Translations under genes and position numbers: made by a program
Shown here: one piece after another, positions 1 to 10,025 of the stretch
How the letters are laid out: every line of letters starts with the position of its first letter
How positions within the stretch are numbered: position 1 is the stretch's first letter
Source: an uncultured candidate division WWE3 bacterium
GTDB taxonomy: Bacteria; Patescibacteriota; WWE3; UBA101185; UBA10185
Direction of reading: 5' to 3'
Length of the DNA stretch: 64,000 nucleotides
Assembly: GCA_965603395.1 (NCBI GenBank)
Contig: CBFDCV010000001.1
Span: 5,389 to 69,388 of the forward strand
The notes under the pieces: model-generated
Seen by the model: the letters and a program-made list of their open reading frames with translations, nothing else
Databases searched by the model: none
Told to the model about the DNA's origin: nothing

Positions 1-636
1 AATCTCAGATACAAATATTCCAAAAATCTAATGAAAGAAGCAAGGATTTGCGTTAAGTTGCTCTCTGCCATTCCCTGGGTAAAGATGATAGCAGTTACAG
101 GTGCCGTAGCTTCTCATAATGCTGTAAAAGATGACGATGTGGATGTTTTTATTGTGGCAGAAAAAAACCGTTTGTGGATTACCCGGTTTTTTGTATTTTT
201 CATTTTAAAGGCGATTGGTAAATATGCTCAAAAAGGGGAAGATAACAGAAAACTTTGTTGCAACCTTTTTGCTGATGAATCGGGTATGAGGTGGGTAAAA
301 GACAAGCATAATATATATGTGGCCAGGGAAATGTTAAGCATGCAACCTTTGTTGGATAAAGACAACACTTATTTTAAATTTATCCAGGTAAATTCTTGGG
401 CTTTAAAATATTTTAATAACTACAAAATGGAGTTTCCAAAAAAATACGCGGTGAAAAATTTAAATAAAAGCCGTTTGGTTTGGTTTTTGGAAAACTCTTT
501 AAGGAAGTTCCAACTAAATTACATGAAAAACAAAAAAACTACCGAGATCACCACCAAGCACTTCATTCATTTTAATAAGCACGATCACACCAAGGAGATC
601 TTATCTGAGTACAAGGGTAAGCTTTCCGATATCTAA
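1..636 (+). CDS. Nucleotidyltransferase-fold protein (Pol-beta superfamily), probably 5'-partial
   Basis: Motif TGAVASHNAVKDDDVDVFIV resembles G[SA]-x10-DxD; frame is open from position 1, so the true start may lie outside the window. Confidence 0.65.
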   Translation, partial: NLRYKYSKNLMKEARICVKLLSAIPWVKMIAVTGAVASHNAVKDDDVDVFIVAEKNRLWITRFFVFFILKAIGKYAQKGEDNRKLCCNLFADESGMRWVKDKHNIYVAREMLSMQPLLDKDNTYFKFIQVNSWALKYFNNYKMEFPKKYAVKNLNKSRLVWFLENSLRKFQLNYMKNKKTTEITTKHFIHFNKHDHTKEILSEYKGKLSDI

Positions 637-641
637 CAGCG

Positions 642-1412
642 CTACAAGGTTTTCAGTTTTAATATTTCCGGTTTCATGCCCTGCGGTATTTTTTTTTCGT
701 CAACTTCATTCCATAAATCCAAAGCTACTGCTACATAACCGTTAAATAAAAGGTGAATAGCTTCTCTTATTTCAGGTTTTACCTTTGGATTCTCAATAGC
801 TTTTAGCATCCTCTCCCTAATTTCTAAGCCATATTTAAAGGTAGTTCTTATGTTGTCTTCATCACCATTAGGCCGGTTTTGGATCCATTTGGTATAAAAA
901 TAAATGAATACTAAGTTTCCATCCAAGACGTCTATTACGTTGGCTACAAGCGCCTGTTGGTTATGTGGAATCTTATCACCAGACCTTCTTAGGAAATCCT
1001 CAGCTGCATGGAAGTTTTCAAAAAGTTTATAATCTGACTCCTTAAATACTTTTTTTGCTTCTTCATTTTCTGCCTCTTCCTGCTTTTTAGCCAAGGCAAA
1101 GTTTTTGTACCTCTCCACAGCACTTACATCTACTCCGTCTGTGTACTCAGGAATGTCATGGATCCATAAAGTTCTAACCAAATCCGGATTATTAAAGGGG
1201 AGGGTCACGGCTCTGTATACACATCTTAAGGTATGAGCTTTTGAGTTATCTTCAATCATGCCAGGTTTATTTTTAGTAAACTGATTGAATCTTTTTACAT
1301 TTTCAAGTTTTTCTATGTATTTTTTTATATCAGGAGGGATTTTAATATCTTCGACATTTCTGTCTTCTGAGTCTGGATATATTATGGGAATCATTTCAAA
1401 ATATTTTGACAC
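642..1412 (-). CDS. HD-domain phosphohydrolase (YfbR-like)
   Basis: H...HD...D pattern: KAHTLR, WIHDIPE, VIDVLDG; GTG start. Confidence 0.6.
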   Translation of the reverse strand: MSKYFEMIPIIYPDSEDRNVEDIKIPPDIKKYIEKLENVKRFNQFTKNKPGMIEDNSKAHTLRCVYRAVTLPFNNPDLVRTLWIHDIPEYTDGVDVSAVERYKNFALAKKQEEAENEEAKKVFKESDYKLFENFHAAEDFLRRSGDKIPHNQQALVANVIDVLDGNLVFIYFYTKWIQNRPNGDEDNIRTTFKYGLEIRERMLKAIENPKVKPEIREAIHLLFNGYVAVALDLWNEVDEKKIPQGMKPEILKLKTL

Positions 1413-1492
1413 GGTCTTTATTCTAACAAAAAGGACGGGCTAAACTATAATAGCTTTTAATAAATACTCAATTATAGGGCTGCCGTCAAATC

Positions 1493-3151
1493 CTACATCA
1501 TGCCCGGCATGCCGCCCATTCCGCCTGCAGCCGCTGCCGCTGCCGCGGCTCCTAGATCGTCTTTGTCTTTTGGTAAGTCAGCCACTAAACATTCTGTGAT
1601 TATGACCATAGTGGCTACAGATACAGCATTTTGCAAAGCACTTCTAGTCACTTTTGCGGGGTCAATTATGCCATCTTTTATCATATCCACATAAAGCATA
1701 CTGATAACGTTTAGTCCTATGTTGGGGTTTTTATCTTCCGCTGTCTTGGCTTCCAGTTCGGCCATGACCTTGCCGGCGTCTGCACCTGCGTTGCTGGCAA
1801 TGATCCTGGTTGGTTTCTCTAGCGCTTCATATAAAATATTGGCGCCTGTTTCTTCGTCACCTTCAAGATCTAAACCTCTTATAGCTTCTCTAGCTCTTAG
1901 GTAAACAACACCACCTCCTGGAACTATGCCTTCTTCTACGGCAGCTTTGGTGGCATTTACTGCGTCTTCTACTCTGAGTTTTTTCTCTTTCATTTCAGCT
2001 TCTGTAGCAGCTCCTACACCAATGACGGCCACGCCTCCGGTCAATTTAGCCAGCCTTTCCTGCAACTTTTCCTCGTCATAGTCAGAGGATGTATTTTCCA
2101 TTTGGGTCTGGATCTGATCTACTCTTGCTTTGATCTGTTTTTCATCTCCTCTACCACCTACAATAATGGTATCGTCTTTATCGGAAATTACCCTGTCTGC
2201 TCTACCTAGATCCTCAACAGTCACAGAATCCAGCTTTCTTCCCATATCTTCGCTGACCATAGTAGCACCGGTTAGAACAGCAATATCTTCCAACATGGCT
2301 TGTCTTCTATCACCAAAACCGGGGGCTTTCACAGCCAAAACGTTGAAAGTGCCTCTTAGTTTGTTAACTACCAAGGTAGCCAAGGCCTCTCCTTCAATGT
2401 CTTCGGAAATAATAACCAGATTTTTAGAAACTTTTACGAAATTCTCCAGCATTGGTAAAAGCTCTTGCAAGTTAGAAACCTTATAGTCGGTTACTAATAT
2501 GTAGGGTTCTTCAATTTCTGCCTCCATTTTGTCCGGATTGGTCACAAAATATGGTGAAGCATAACCTTTATCAAACTGCATACCTTCTTTGTATTCCAAC
2601 TCAATATTAAAACCCTTACCTTCTTCTACAGTTATGACTCCGTTGTCACCAACCTTTTCCATGGTTTCCGCGATTAAGTTTCCAATCTCGACATCCTGAG
2701 CAGAGTTTGAAGCAATTTGGGATCTTTCTTCTTTTGAAGTTATATCTTTTGAAATCTTTTTTATTTCATCAACCGCAATAGTGGAAGCTTTTTCCAAACC
2801 CTTCCTTATAATCATGGGGTTGGCGCCGGCACTGATATTTTTTAATCCGCTTTCCACTAAGGCCTGGGCTAACACCACAGCAGTTGTGGTCCCGTCTCCT
2901 GCCACTTCATTGGTTTTACTGGCAGCCTCTTTTACTATCTGGGCTCCCATATTTTCAAATTTATCTTCCAATTCAATTTCTTTAGCTACAGTGACTCCAT
3001 CATTTACAACCGACGGAGCGCCCCAGCTTTTATCTATAGCCACATTTCTGCCTTTGGCACCTAGGGTGGTGGCTAAGGCTTTAGCTAAAGTGTCAACACC
3101 TGTTTTTAATTTTGATCTGGCTTCTTCGCCATATATGATTTGTTTTGCCAT
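1493..3151 (-). CDS. groL: Chaperonin GroEL
   Basis: [21 protein letters not shown]-rich tail. Confidence 0.99.
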   Translation of the reverse strand: MAKQIIYGEEARSKLKTGVDTLAKALATTLGAKGRNVAIDKSWGAPSVVNDGVTVAKEIELEDKFENMGAQIVKEAASKTNEVAGDGTTTAVVLAQALVESGLKNISAGANPMIIRKGLEKASTIAVDEIKKISKDITSKEERSQIASNSAQDVEIGNLIAETMEKVGDNGVITVEEGKGFNIELEYKEGMQFDKGYASPYFVTNPDKMEAEIEEPYILVTDYKVSNLQELLPMLENFVKVSKNLVIISEDIEGEALATLVVNKLRGTFNVLAVKAPGFGDRRQAMLEDIAVLTGATMVSEDMGRKLDSVTVEDLGRADRVISDKDDTIIVGGRGDEKQIKARVDQIQTQMENTSSDYDEEKLQERLAKLTGGVAVIGVGAATEAEMKEKKLRVEDAVNATKAAVEEGIVPGGGVVYLRAREAIRGLDLEGDEETGANILYEALEKPTRIIASNAGADAGKVMAELEAKTAEDKNPNIGLNVISMLYVDMIKDGIIDPAKVTRSALQNAVSVATMVIITECLVADLPKDKDDLGAAAAAAAAGGMGGMPGMM

Positions 3152-3168
3152 AATTAATACTCCTTAAT

Positions 3169-3462
3169 TTATTCTCCCACTATAGCCAAAACATCTTCCT
3201 GTTTTACCAAGAGCATGTCTTTGCCATCAATTTTAATATCTGTACCTCCCCATTTTTTGTACATAACTATGTCGCCTTTTTTTACGACCATGTCAACTTT
3301 TTTACCTTCGGAGTCAACTTTACCTCCACCTACAGCAACTACTTTGCCTTCTTGTGGTTTTTCTTTAGCTGAATCAGGAATTACAATACCGGAAGGTAGG
3401 GTGGTTTCTTTTTCTAATGGTTCGATAAGTATGTTATCGAATAGTGGTTTAATTTTTGCCAT
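3169..3462 (-). CDS. groS: Co-chaperonin GroES
   Basis: IKPLFD, SGIVIPDSAKEKP; directly upstream of groL. Confidence 0.99.
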   Translation of the reverse strand: MAKIKPLFDNILIEPLEKETTLPSGIVIPDSAKEKPQEGKVVAVGGGKVDSEGKKVDMVVKKGDIVMYKKWGGTDIKIDGKDMLLVKQEDVLAIVGE

Positions 3463-3506
3463 ATTATTCTTTTAAATTTTAATTAAATACAAAAATGCTC
3501 GTTGAT

Positions 3507-3536
3507 AAAATAGCACTCTAATGCTTTAAGTGTCAA
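3507..3536 (-). promoter_or_regulatory. groESL promoter overlapped by a CIRCE operator
   Basis: Minus strand TTGACACTT-N9-GAGTGCTAT (3536-3510) versus CIRCE TTAGCACTC-N9-GAGTGCTAA; left arm contains a perfect TTGACA; hrcA is in the window. Confidence 0.85.
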
Positions 3537-3547
3537 GTGGAAATTTT

Positions 3548-5395
3548 CTACGACCTCGCCCTGGCGTACACCCTAAGCATTCCTTCACCAATTTTATCTT
3601 GTTTGTAGATTTCCATAACGGGAATTTCCGAAGTATTTTCTACATGAGGTCCGCCGCAAAATTCTTTACTCACCGCTTTGTCCAAATCTTCCCCAACGTA
3701 GTAAACCTTCACTTGATCTCCGTATTTTTCGTTAAAAGCGTGAATGGCTCCGGTGGTTAATGCTTTTTCCTTTGGTAGTATTTCAAATTTTACAGGTAAT
3801 GCTTCCTTTGCCACTTTATTCATTACACTCTCAACTTCTTTTAACTCTTCATCCGTCATTTTTTGCGAATGATTAAAATCAAATCTTAGTCTTTCTCCGG
3901 TTATATTACTTCCGTGCTGCACAACCTGATCTCCCAACACCTTTCTCAGCCCCAAATGTAGTAGGTGGGTGGCTGTGTGGTACTTAAGCACTTGTTCCGA
4001 ATGATCAGCTAGCCCTCCTTTAAATTTTTGCTCAGCTCCTGCACGTGATTTTTCCTTATGTTCTTCTTCCAATTTCTTATATTCAACGTCAAACGTATTC
4101 TTATGCTCTTCCTTCTGTATAACACCTTTTTCCACAAGATCCTCTTTGAACATCTCCACGGGATAACCCCAAGATTGGGAAGCATCAAAAGCCGCTTTTG
4201 ACGGCGCTACTTCATCCACCATTGGTTTATCTAAAGCATCGATTACTTTTACCACTTTAGGCTTTGCCTTATCCAAAGTCTTCCTAAACTTATCTTCTTC
4301 CATAGAAAATGTCTTCTGAATATCCTCGATCCTGTCTTCCAACTCAGGATATAACCAAGAAAACATGTTTCCCGCTACGGGAACTAAGCTCACGGAAATG
4401 CCTTTTTCTAATCCCAAGTTTCTTCCGGCCCTAACGATCCTTCTTAGTAATCTTCGCAAAATGTAACCTTGATCCTTATTACTTGGTAACACACTATCCA
4501 TGGCCAAAAACACAGCCGCTCTCATATGATCAGCAATGATTCTCATAGGTTTTTGCACTTCTCTCCCACCGCTCTCGTAATTCTTCCCGCTTAGCTCTTC
4601 AAGTTTTTGAATAACTGTATGAAAATTATCGGTCAAATAAATGTCTTTGTGTCCTTGCACAACCATAGCCATTCTCTCTAGCCCACCGCCAAAATCTACA
4701 TTCTTCTGGGGCAGTTCTTCCCACCCTGACGCAGTTTTCCTATACTGCATGAACACAGAATTACCAATTTCCAAAAATTCATCCTGAAACTCAGCCGGGT
4801 CTTTGCCAAAACCGTCTCCCTCATCGCCAATATAATAAAAGACCTCGCTATCAGGGCCGCCCAGCTCACCCACTGCCTCACCACGCTGCCACCAGTTTTC
4901 TTCCTTACCATAAGAAAATATCCTTTCCCCCTCTTTAGCTTCAACCCCATATTTAACAAAAACCTTTTTTAAAATTTCCACAGAAACATCATCCTTTGGA
5001 GCGTCTTTATCTCCGGCAAACACAGAAGCGTACATTTTATTAATATCCAAGCCCAAATCACTTACTAAAAACTCAAAAACCCACTCCAACTGCTCTTTTT
5101 TAAAATAATCACCCAAACTCCAGTTTCCCAGCATGTGAAAAGACGTTGTGTGTCTGTTTGTTTCTCCTACATTATCCAAATCTTCGAAAAATCTTAAGCA
5201 TCTTTGCACATTCATAATTCTTTTACCTAAAGGGTGGGTCTCGCCGGATAAATAGGGGACTAAGGGAAACATGCCCGAATTGACATACAACAAAGTTGGG
5301 TCGTTTTCGGGCACTAAAGATACGTTGGGAACCTGTTTGTGTCCTCTTTTTTCATAAAAGGCCAGATATTTTTGTAAAATCTCTTTAGAGTCCAT
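3548..5395 (-). CDS. alaS: Alanine--tRNA ligase, short form (615 aa, editing domain present, C-Ala domain absent)
   Basis: DPTLLYVNSGM, MLGNWSLGDYFK, HTATH and CGGPH editing motifs; start placed at ATG 5395 because the upstream frame is tRNA-Cys. Confidence 0.97.
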   Translation of the reverse strand: MDSKEILQKYLAFYEKRGHKQVPNVSLVPENDPTLLYVNSGMFPLVPYLSGETHPLGKRIMNVQRCLRFFEDLDNVGETNRHTTSFHMLGNWSLGDYFKKEQLEWVFEFLVSDLGLDINKMYASVFAGDKDAPKDDVSVEILKKVFVKYGVEAKEGERIFSYGKEENWWQRGEAVGELGGPDSEVFYYIGDEGDGFGKDPAEFQDEFLEIGNSVFMQYRKTASGWEELPQKNVDFGGGLERMAMVVQGHKDIYLTDNFHTVIQKLEELSGKNYESGGREVQKPMRIIADHMRAAVFLAMDSVLPSNKDQGYILRRLLRRIVRAGRNLGLEKGISVSLVPVAGNMFSWLYPELEDRIEDIQKTFSMEEDKFRKTLDKAKPKVVKVIDALDKPMVDEVAPSKAAFDASQSWGYPVEMFKEDLVEKGVIQKEEHKNTFDVEYKKLEEEHKEKSRAGAEQKFKGGLADHSEQVLKYHTATHLLHLGLRKVLGDQVVQHGSNITGERLRFDFNHSQKMTDEELKEVESVMNKVAKEALPVKFEILPKEKALTTGAIHAFNEKYGDQVKVYYVGEDLDKAVSKEFCGGPHVENTSEIPVMEIYKQDKIGEGMLRVYARARS

Positions 5396-5407
5396 AACAA
5401 CAATCTT

Positions 5408-5482
5408 TGGAGGCGCAGGGGGGAATCGAACCCCCGCATCGAGGTTTTGCAGACCCCAGCGTTTCCACTTCGCCACTGCGCC
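5408..5482 (-). tRNA. tRNA-Cys (GCA)
   Basis: Reverse complement GGCGCAG...CTGCAAA...GGTTCGATTCC...CTGCGCC-T-CCA: 7-bp acceptor stem, GCA anticodon, U73, encoded CCA. Confidence 0.97.
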
Positions 5483-5565
5483 TTGATTTAACGCTAAAAT
5501 ACAATTGATATTTTACCATTTACATGATAATTTACCTATGTAACATCCTGCCTAGCATAATTGAT

Positions 5566-6882
5566 ATGTCCATTTCGACTCTGCAAACTATTGATCGAAG
5601 GCCAAAGAAGTTCAAGCTTTCGAATATACTCATTTATATAACTGCAATACTCATTGCGTTGCTCTTGGTATTTTTCGGCAAAAGCATGTATATGTACTTG
5701 AAGGGATTGGGGGGTAAATCAGCCATTTCCGTAGATATAGCACACGGCAGGGCAGAAGTGTTCATAAACGATGAAAACATAGGAGTTACCCCGGCAGATT
5801 CTGAAGAAATTAAACCCGGCACTAACAAAGTAACCCTAAAATCATCTTCCCGGCAGTACGAAACAACCATTAACTTTTTATCCAATAGCGACAAGTACAT
5901 TCATAAAGTGGGTATCTTCAGAGACCTTGGTGTGTCTGACCTATTCTCCTCAGGACAAGATTTATGGTTTGACGAAAGTACTTCGGAGGTGGTCTTGCGT
6001 ATCATTTCTGAGCCTCCCGGTGCTTCAGTTTACATAGATAACACAGAGATTGGCAAAACACCCTATACTTCCAGTAAATTAACTGAAGGTGATTACGATC
6101 TGAGAGTGGAAAATGTGAATTTTGAACCACAAAAAGCTAGGATCAGGATCCAAAAAGGGTACACATCTAATGTGGCGGTTAAACTTTTCCCTATGCCTGT
6201 ACCTTCTACCATCAATCTTTATAAGGGATCAGATAATTTATATGATATTTCGTCCGACAATAATCAGATAGTGGCTGACACTCAAACCTGGACCAAAGCT
6301 GTTATTTATTGGAATCAAACCAGAGGCGTTAACCTTGAAGGAGTGGGTTTGAACAAAGAGCTTGTTTTTGACTACTACCTTGATTACAAAGGTGATATTT
6401 ACAATGCCCGCGGTGATTTGGTCACAGAACCTGAAGCTTTTGATGAGCTAAGATCCGCTGAAAAAGGTGCCTATTTGGGACGTTTTTCAGACGGCGAGGG
6501 GCTAACAGAGATGGCTAGAGAAGCTTTGAAATCTTTTAAATCCTTACCTTCTATGGGAAACGGTGAGCCAAAAGTGAGAATACTACCAACCGGTTTAAGC
6601 TGGCTAAGGGTCAGAAGTGAACCTAGCACCGGATCTTCTGAAATAGCCAAGGTAGACGTTGGCCAAGAGTATGTTCTTGTGGAAGATGGGGTGGAATGGG
6701 TAAAAATAAAGGTCACAGAGACGGTACAAGGCTGGGTATCTAAAAGATACGTGGAGGACGTGGTAGTAAAGGTTGAGGAGGTACTTCCTCCGGCGACGGA
6801 AACTACTGAAACACCCGAAGAGATTCCGGAGGAGGGTACGGTTGAACCGGAACCCGTTGAGGAAGAAACACCGGCAACATAA
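5566..6882 (+). CDS. Membrane-anchored PEGA-domain plus bacterial SH3 protein
   Basis: N-terminal TM; PEGA-like ISEPPGASVYIDNTEIGKTP; SH3b-like WLRVRSEPS...WVKIK...GWVS; acidic Pro/Glu tail. Confidence 0.8.
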   Translation: MSISTLQTIDRRPKKFKLSNILIYITAILIALLLVFFGKSMYMYLKGLGGKSAISVDIAHGRAEVFINDENIGVTPADSEEIKPGTNKVTLKSSSRQYETTINFLSNSDKYIHKVGIFRDLGVSDLFSSGQDLWFDESTSEVVLRIISEPPGASVYIDNTEIGKTPYTSSKLTEGDYDLRVENVNFEPQKARIRIQKGYTSNVAVKLFPMPVPSTINLYKGSDNLYDISSDNNQIVADTQTWTKAVIYWNQTRGVNLEGVGLNKELVFDYYLDYKGDIYNARGDLVTEPEAFDELRSAEKGAYLGRFSDGEGLTEMAREALKSFKSLPSMGNGEPKVRILPTGLSWLRVRSEPSTGSSEIAKVDVGQEYVLVEDGVEWVKIKVTETVQGWVSKRYVEDVVVKVEEVLPPATETTETPEEIPEEGTVEPEPVEEETPAT

Positions 6883-6884
6883 AC

Positions 6885-7466
6885 CTATCTAAAGGACTCG
6901 TGCCACTCGACTACATCATTTCTCATACTTTCTGCCTTTTCTTTTGTCTGATTGAAGTCTTCATCTTGACCTAGTTTTTTTTCATATTTGGCCACATCCG
7001 CATATAAGCCCAAATCGTTTTGGTAAGTGTTTTTTAATGAGTGATAATAAGTTCTTGCTACAGTCAGGTAGTCCAAGTTTACGTTTTTGTTTCCACCTAC
7101 CTCATCCATAGCTCCGGAAGCCAAAAAGTAATACAAAGGGATAATATTTCTTAACGTAGCCAAGTTCTTGGGATTTAGATCATAGGCTTTCTCAAGACTT
7201 TTCAATATTTCTTCGCGTGTTTCGTCCTCATCGGCCCAAATAAGAGTGGCTAGAAGTATTTTTGCTTTTTGTCTTGTGTACGCAGGCTCTCTGCTATTTA
7301 GTTTTATAGCACTTACTATATGACCCGCCGCATCCTCCAATTGCCCGGTTTCCAATTCACTTTTTGAGGCGGTGTAATAAATATCGGCAAAATAGAGATT
7401 TATGAATTTGCCCATCAAAGTAAGATACATACCTACCACTATGAATAACAATATTGTTCTAAGCAT
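6885..7466 (-). CDS. Membrane-anchored TPR-like protein
   Basis: N-terminal TM then helical repeats AIKLNSREP and AYDLNPKN; second ATG chosen, 7 nt below TATAAT. Confidence 0.65.
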   Translation of the reverse strand: MLRTILLFIVVGMYLTLMGKFINLYFADIYYTASKSELETGQLEDAAGHIVSAIKLNSREPAYTRQKAKILLATLIWADEDETREEILKSLEKAYDLNPKNLATLRNIIPLYYFLASGAMDEVGGNKNVNLDYLTVARTYYHSLKNTYQNDLGLYADVAKYEKKLGQDEDFNQTKEKAESMRNDVVEWHESFR

Positions 7467-7520
7467 TAAGTACATTATATCCCGCTACGCCCGGTGCATC
7501 GAGTGCGATAAAATATTACC

Positions 7521-7895
7521 GTGTCTAAATTTGTAAATAAGGTACTGGAAATTGTGTACATGATTCCCCAAGGACAGGTAGTTAGTTATGGACAAGTGGC
7601 GCTCATGGCAGGCATTCCTAGGGGTGCTCGATTTGTGGGCGGTGTTTTGCACTTCCGGGGTGAAAACACTCCGTGGTGGAGAGTAATAAATAATGCCGGA
7701 AGAATAAGTACAACGTGCCAGGAACATACAGCCACTATGCAAAAGAAAAGGCTGCTTTCAGAAGGTGTAAGAGTTGATAAAAAGCTAAACATAGATATTG
7801 AAAAGTATCGATGGAGACCTGAACCGGATGTACTGGAAAAACTAGAGCTTAAAGATGATTACATACAAAAGATCATGGAGAAGTATCTGTTTTGA
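7521..7895 (+). CDS. Alkyltransferase-like protein (ATL, MGMT family)
   Basis: IPQGQVVSYGQVA, ARFVG, and PWWRVIN with Trp replacing the catalytic Cys of PCHRV. Confidence 0.9.
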   Translation: MSKFVNKVLEIVYMIPQGQVVSYGQVALMAGIPRGARFVGGVLHFRGENTPWWRVINNAGRISTTCQEHTATMQKKRLLSEGVRVDKKLNIDIEKYRWRPEPDVLEKLELKDDYIQKIMEKYLF

Positions 7896-9084
7896 TCAAC
7901 ACTAACCACAACCAAAATAATAAGCTTGTACATACGGTAGGCCAACCAAAAATGTTGGTGGCATAAAATCCTACTAAGCCTGCCGCTAGAAAAGTATCCT
8001 TGGTTTTAAGCGCCCTTACCATAATTAGAAAATAAATCACCAAAGCTACCACACCGGACTCAACCAATATTTCTAAATAATAATTGTGCGGTTTATTTAA
8101 AATAAAATCCCACTCAGAAGAATAGTTTAAAAAATCCTCTCTGAAAAACGGGAACTGATAAGGAAAGGTCTCCGGACCTGTGCCAAGCAAAAAGTTTTTG
8201 GGGCTTGAAAAGGCCATTCTTATGCTACCCTTCCACAAACCCAGCCTGATCAACCCCGGATCTGACACATTATAGCTTTGCGGATCTGTGCTTAAAGTAA
8301 GTGCGTCTGAAATTCTTTCTTTAAAGAAAGAGATGTTAAAAACGCTAAAAATTATGAAAACAAAAACAGCTAATAATCCCCACCTATTTAATACCTTCCT
8401 CCTAAATTTAATAGTCAAAAACACCAACCCCGCCGCAAGACCTACCAACCCCGATAGTGAATGAGCAAACCACAGGTTAATGAAGGCGATCAAAAAAGTA
8501 GTTGTCCAGAAATACTTTTTCAGATTCTCATCTGCTTTTAAAATTCTGTCTATCAACAAAGGTAGCAAAAACACAAGATAGGCCGCCAACCAGTTGGGCT
8601 GTCCTAATGTCGATGATATTCTATTTTGTTCGAATATCTGAAATATCCCGTAAAGAGAAACCGGAAAAACACTTAAACAAATTAGGTCCTTTAAGGTTTC
8701 CGCCTTTTTGCCATCGATAAAATTAATGCCCACCAAATAAATACCAAAAAATATTAGGAAGGACACCAACCCTCCGTTAAATCTTGAGTAGTAACCCCAA
8801 ACGGAGGTATAAGAATGAGAAGAGAACAGGGTAGATAATGAGATAATTCCCAAATAGAGTAGTATTTCTTTACCGGGAAATACCACTTTTTTTCCTCCAA
8901 ACAAAAGCCTCAACAACAACCAAAGAAACACAATAGTGCTTCCTACAATATAAACAGATGTCATTTTTGGAAATTCGTAGGCCTCGGCAGTGAAATTACT
9001 AAACACTAAAGGTGTAAAAAAGCCCAGAGATAAAAATAGGCCCAAAATAACCTTACTGATAGTAACTTTCAGCTGACTGTTCAT
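7873..9084 (-). CDS. O-antigen ligase family membrane protein
   Basis: Multi-TM; RISSTLGQPNWLA, IRLGLWK, GTGPETF, KPHNYYL. Confidence 0.85.
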   Translation of the reverse strand: MNSQLKVTISKVILGLFLSLGFFTPLVFSNFTAEAYEFPKMTSVYIVGSTIVFLWLLLRLLFGGKKVVFPGKEILLYLGIISLSTLFSSHSYTSVWGYYSRFNGGLVSFLIFFGIYLVGINFIDGKKAETLKDLICLSVFPVSLYGIFQIFEQNRISSTLGQPNWLAAYLVFLLPLLIDRILKADENLKKYFWTTTFLIAFINLWFAHSLSGLVGLAAGLVFLTIKFRRKVLNRWGLLAVFVFIIFSVFNISFFKERISDALTLSTDPQSYNVSDPGLIRLGLWKGSIRMAFSSPKNFLLGTGPETFPYQFPFFREDFLNYSSEWDFILNKPHNYYLEILVESGVVALVIYFLIMVRALKTKDTFLAAGLVGFYATNIFGWPTVCTSLLFWLWLVLIKTDTSP

Positions 9085-9093
9085 GATATTATT

Positions 9094-9173
9094 ATTATAA
9101 CTCGCTATGCTCGTTCTAATAAGCTGGTGATTTCAACCCACTGTGCTCGTTCTAATAAGCTGGTGATTATAAC
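9094..9173. repeat. 36-bp tandem repeat (about 2.2 copies) filling a divergent intergenic region
   Basis: ATTATAACTCGCTATGCTCGTTCTAATAAGCTGGTG | ATTTCAACCCACTGTGCTCGTTCTAATAAGCTGGTG | ATTATAAC. Confidence 0.9.
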
Positions 9174-9178
9174 CTGCC

Positions 9179-9754
9179 ATGATATCTAGAACTCTAGTCA
9201 GACTAATAGACCAGGCCATAGTACCCGCAATACTCCTATTGTGTACTAGATTTGTGTCGGTGGTAATGCTGACTTATCTTTATGGAATTAAGTTTTCCGT
9301 TTCAGCCTCCGGATTTATTTTCAGCAACTCACAAGACTATTTGTTTATAAACTCTTATTCTACCTTGGCTATGATCGTGATCTTGGGATCGGGTCTTTTG
9401 TACATTTTGGTCAAAGCTTTATATTTTCATGATACCCATATCAGCCCTCGTTTAACCACAAAGCTTTTTCATCACAGGCTAGCTACTCTAATTCAAAGCT
9501 CTTTTGAGCTGTACTCACAAGGCGTTATCTGGCTCATCTATTTATACCTGATCAGCGCCGTGTCCATCATACTTGCGGTTTTTGACTACACCTACGGATG
9601 GATTCCCGTAGTGGCAGTTTTTCTGTGCGGAATCTCCACCATAGTTTTGATCATTGATGTAGAAAAAGAGCTGGAAGGCTTAGAGTCCGACTACCACGAA
9701 GAAGAAACTCCCGTAGGCATTCAGTTAGGAAAAAAGTATGGATTACGATCATAA
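9179..9754 (+). CDS. Hypothetical multi-pass membrane protein
   Basis: 191-aa ORF with about 4 hydrophobic segments. Confidence 0.7.
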   Translation: MISRTLVRLIDQAIVPAILLLCTRFVSVVMLTYLYGIKFSVSASGFIFSNSQDYLFINSYSTLAMIVILGSGLLYILVKALYFHDTHISPRLTTKLFHHRLATLIQSSFELYSQGVIWLIYLYLISAVSIILAVFDYTYGWIPVVAVFLCGISTIVLIIDVEKELEGLESDYHEEETPVGIQLGKKYGLRS

Positions 9755-10025
9755 AAAGGTGGACAAAGTAGGCAAAGTAATAGTTGATTCCTTATTGTTG
9801 GTGCTGTTATGGGCCATTTTAGCCCTACCAGTAAGCACTTTTTCCTTGATAAAACTTGATACTTCCGGCAATGACGTGCTTTCCGGGCAGAATGCACGAG
9901 AAGTTCCTGTTGTAAACAAGGATGACCAAACTAAAACCGTCAGGGATTTAGAGAGCAATACAGGGGACTTGATCGAAAGAATTAACAGCTATTCAGAAGA
10001 TAAGCGGGAAAACGTAGAGAACTAG
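9738..10025 (+). CDS. Hypothetical single-TM protein
   Basis: Overlaps the upstream stop; one TM followed by a VLSG motif. Confidence 0.6.
   Translation: MDYDHKKVDKVGKVIVDSLLLVLLWAILALPVSTFSLIKLDTSGNDVLSGQNAREVPVVNKDDQTKTVRDLESNTGDLIERINSYSEDKRENVEN

Noticed and set aside
1434-1487. Imperfect inverted repeat after groEL as an ncRNA
   Set aside because: More simply a weak terminator-like hairpin; pairing is interrupted and no RNA family is recognisable.
1500-3475. Antisense ORFs over groEL/groES, and similar ones over dnaK, metG, tsaD and others
   Set aside because: Shadow frames of conserved genes, with no independent motifs or start signals.
3496-3503. TGCTCGTT in the groES leader as another copy of the dispersed repeat
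   Set aside because: Only 8 nt match, without the rest of the 13-mer or the adjacent TATAAT; could be chance.
5396-5476. 27-aa N-terminal extension of AlaS in the ORF track
   Set aside because: It is the tRNA-Cys gene read in frame; AlaS homology begins at MDSKEI.
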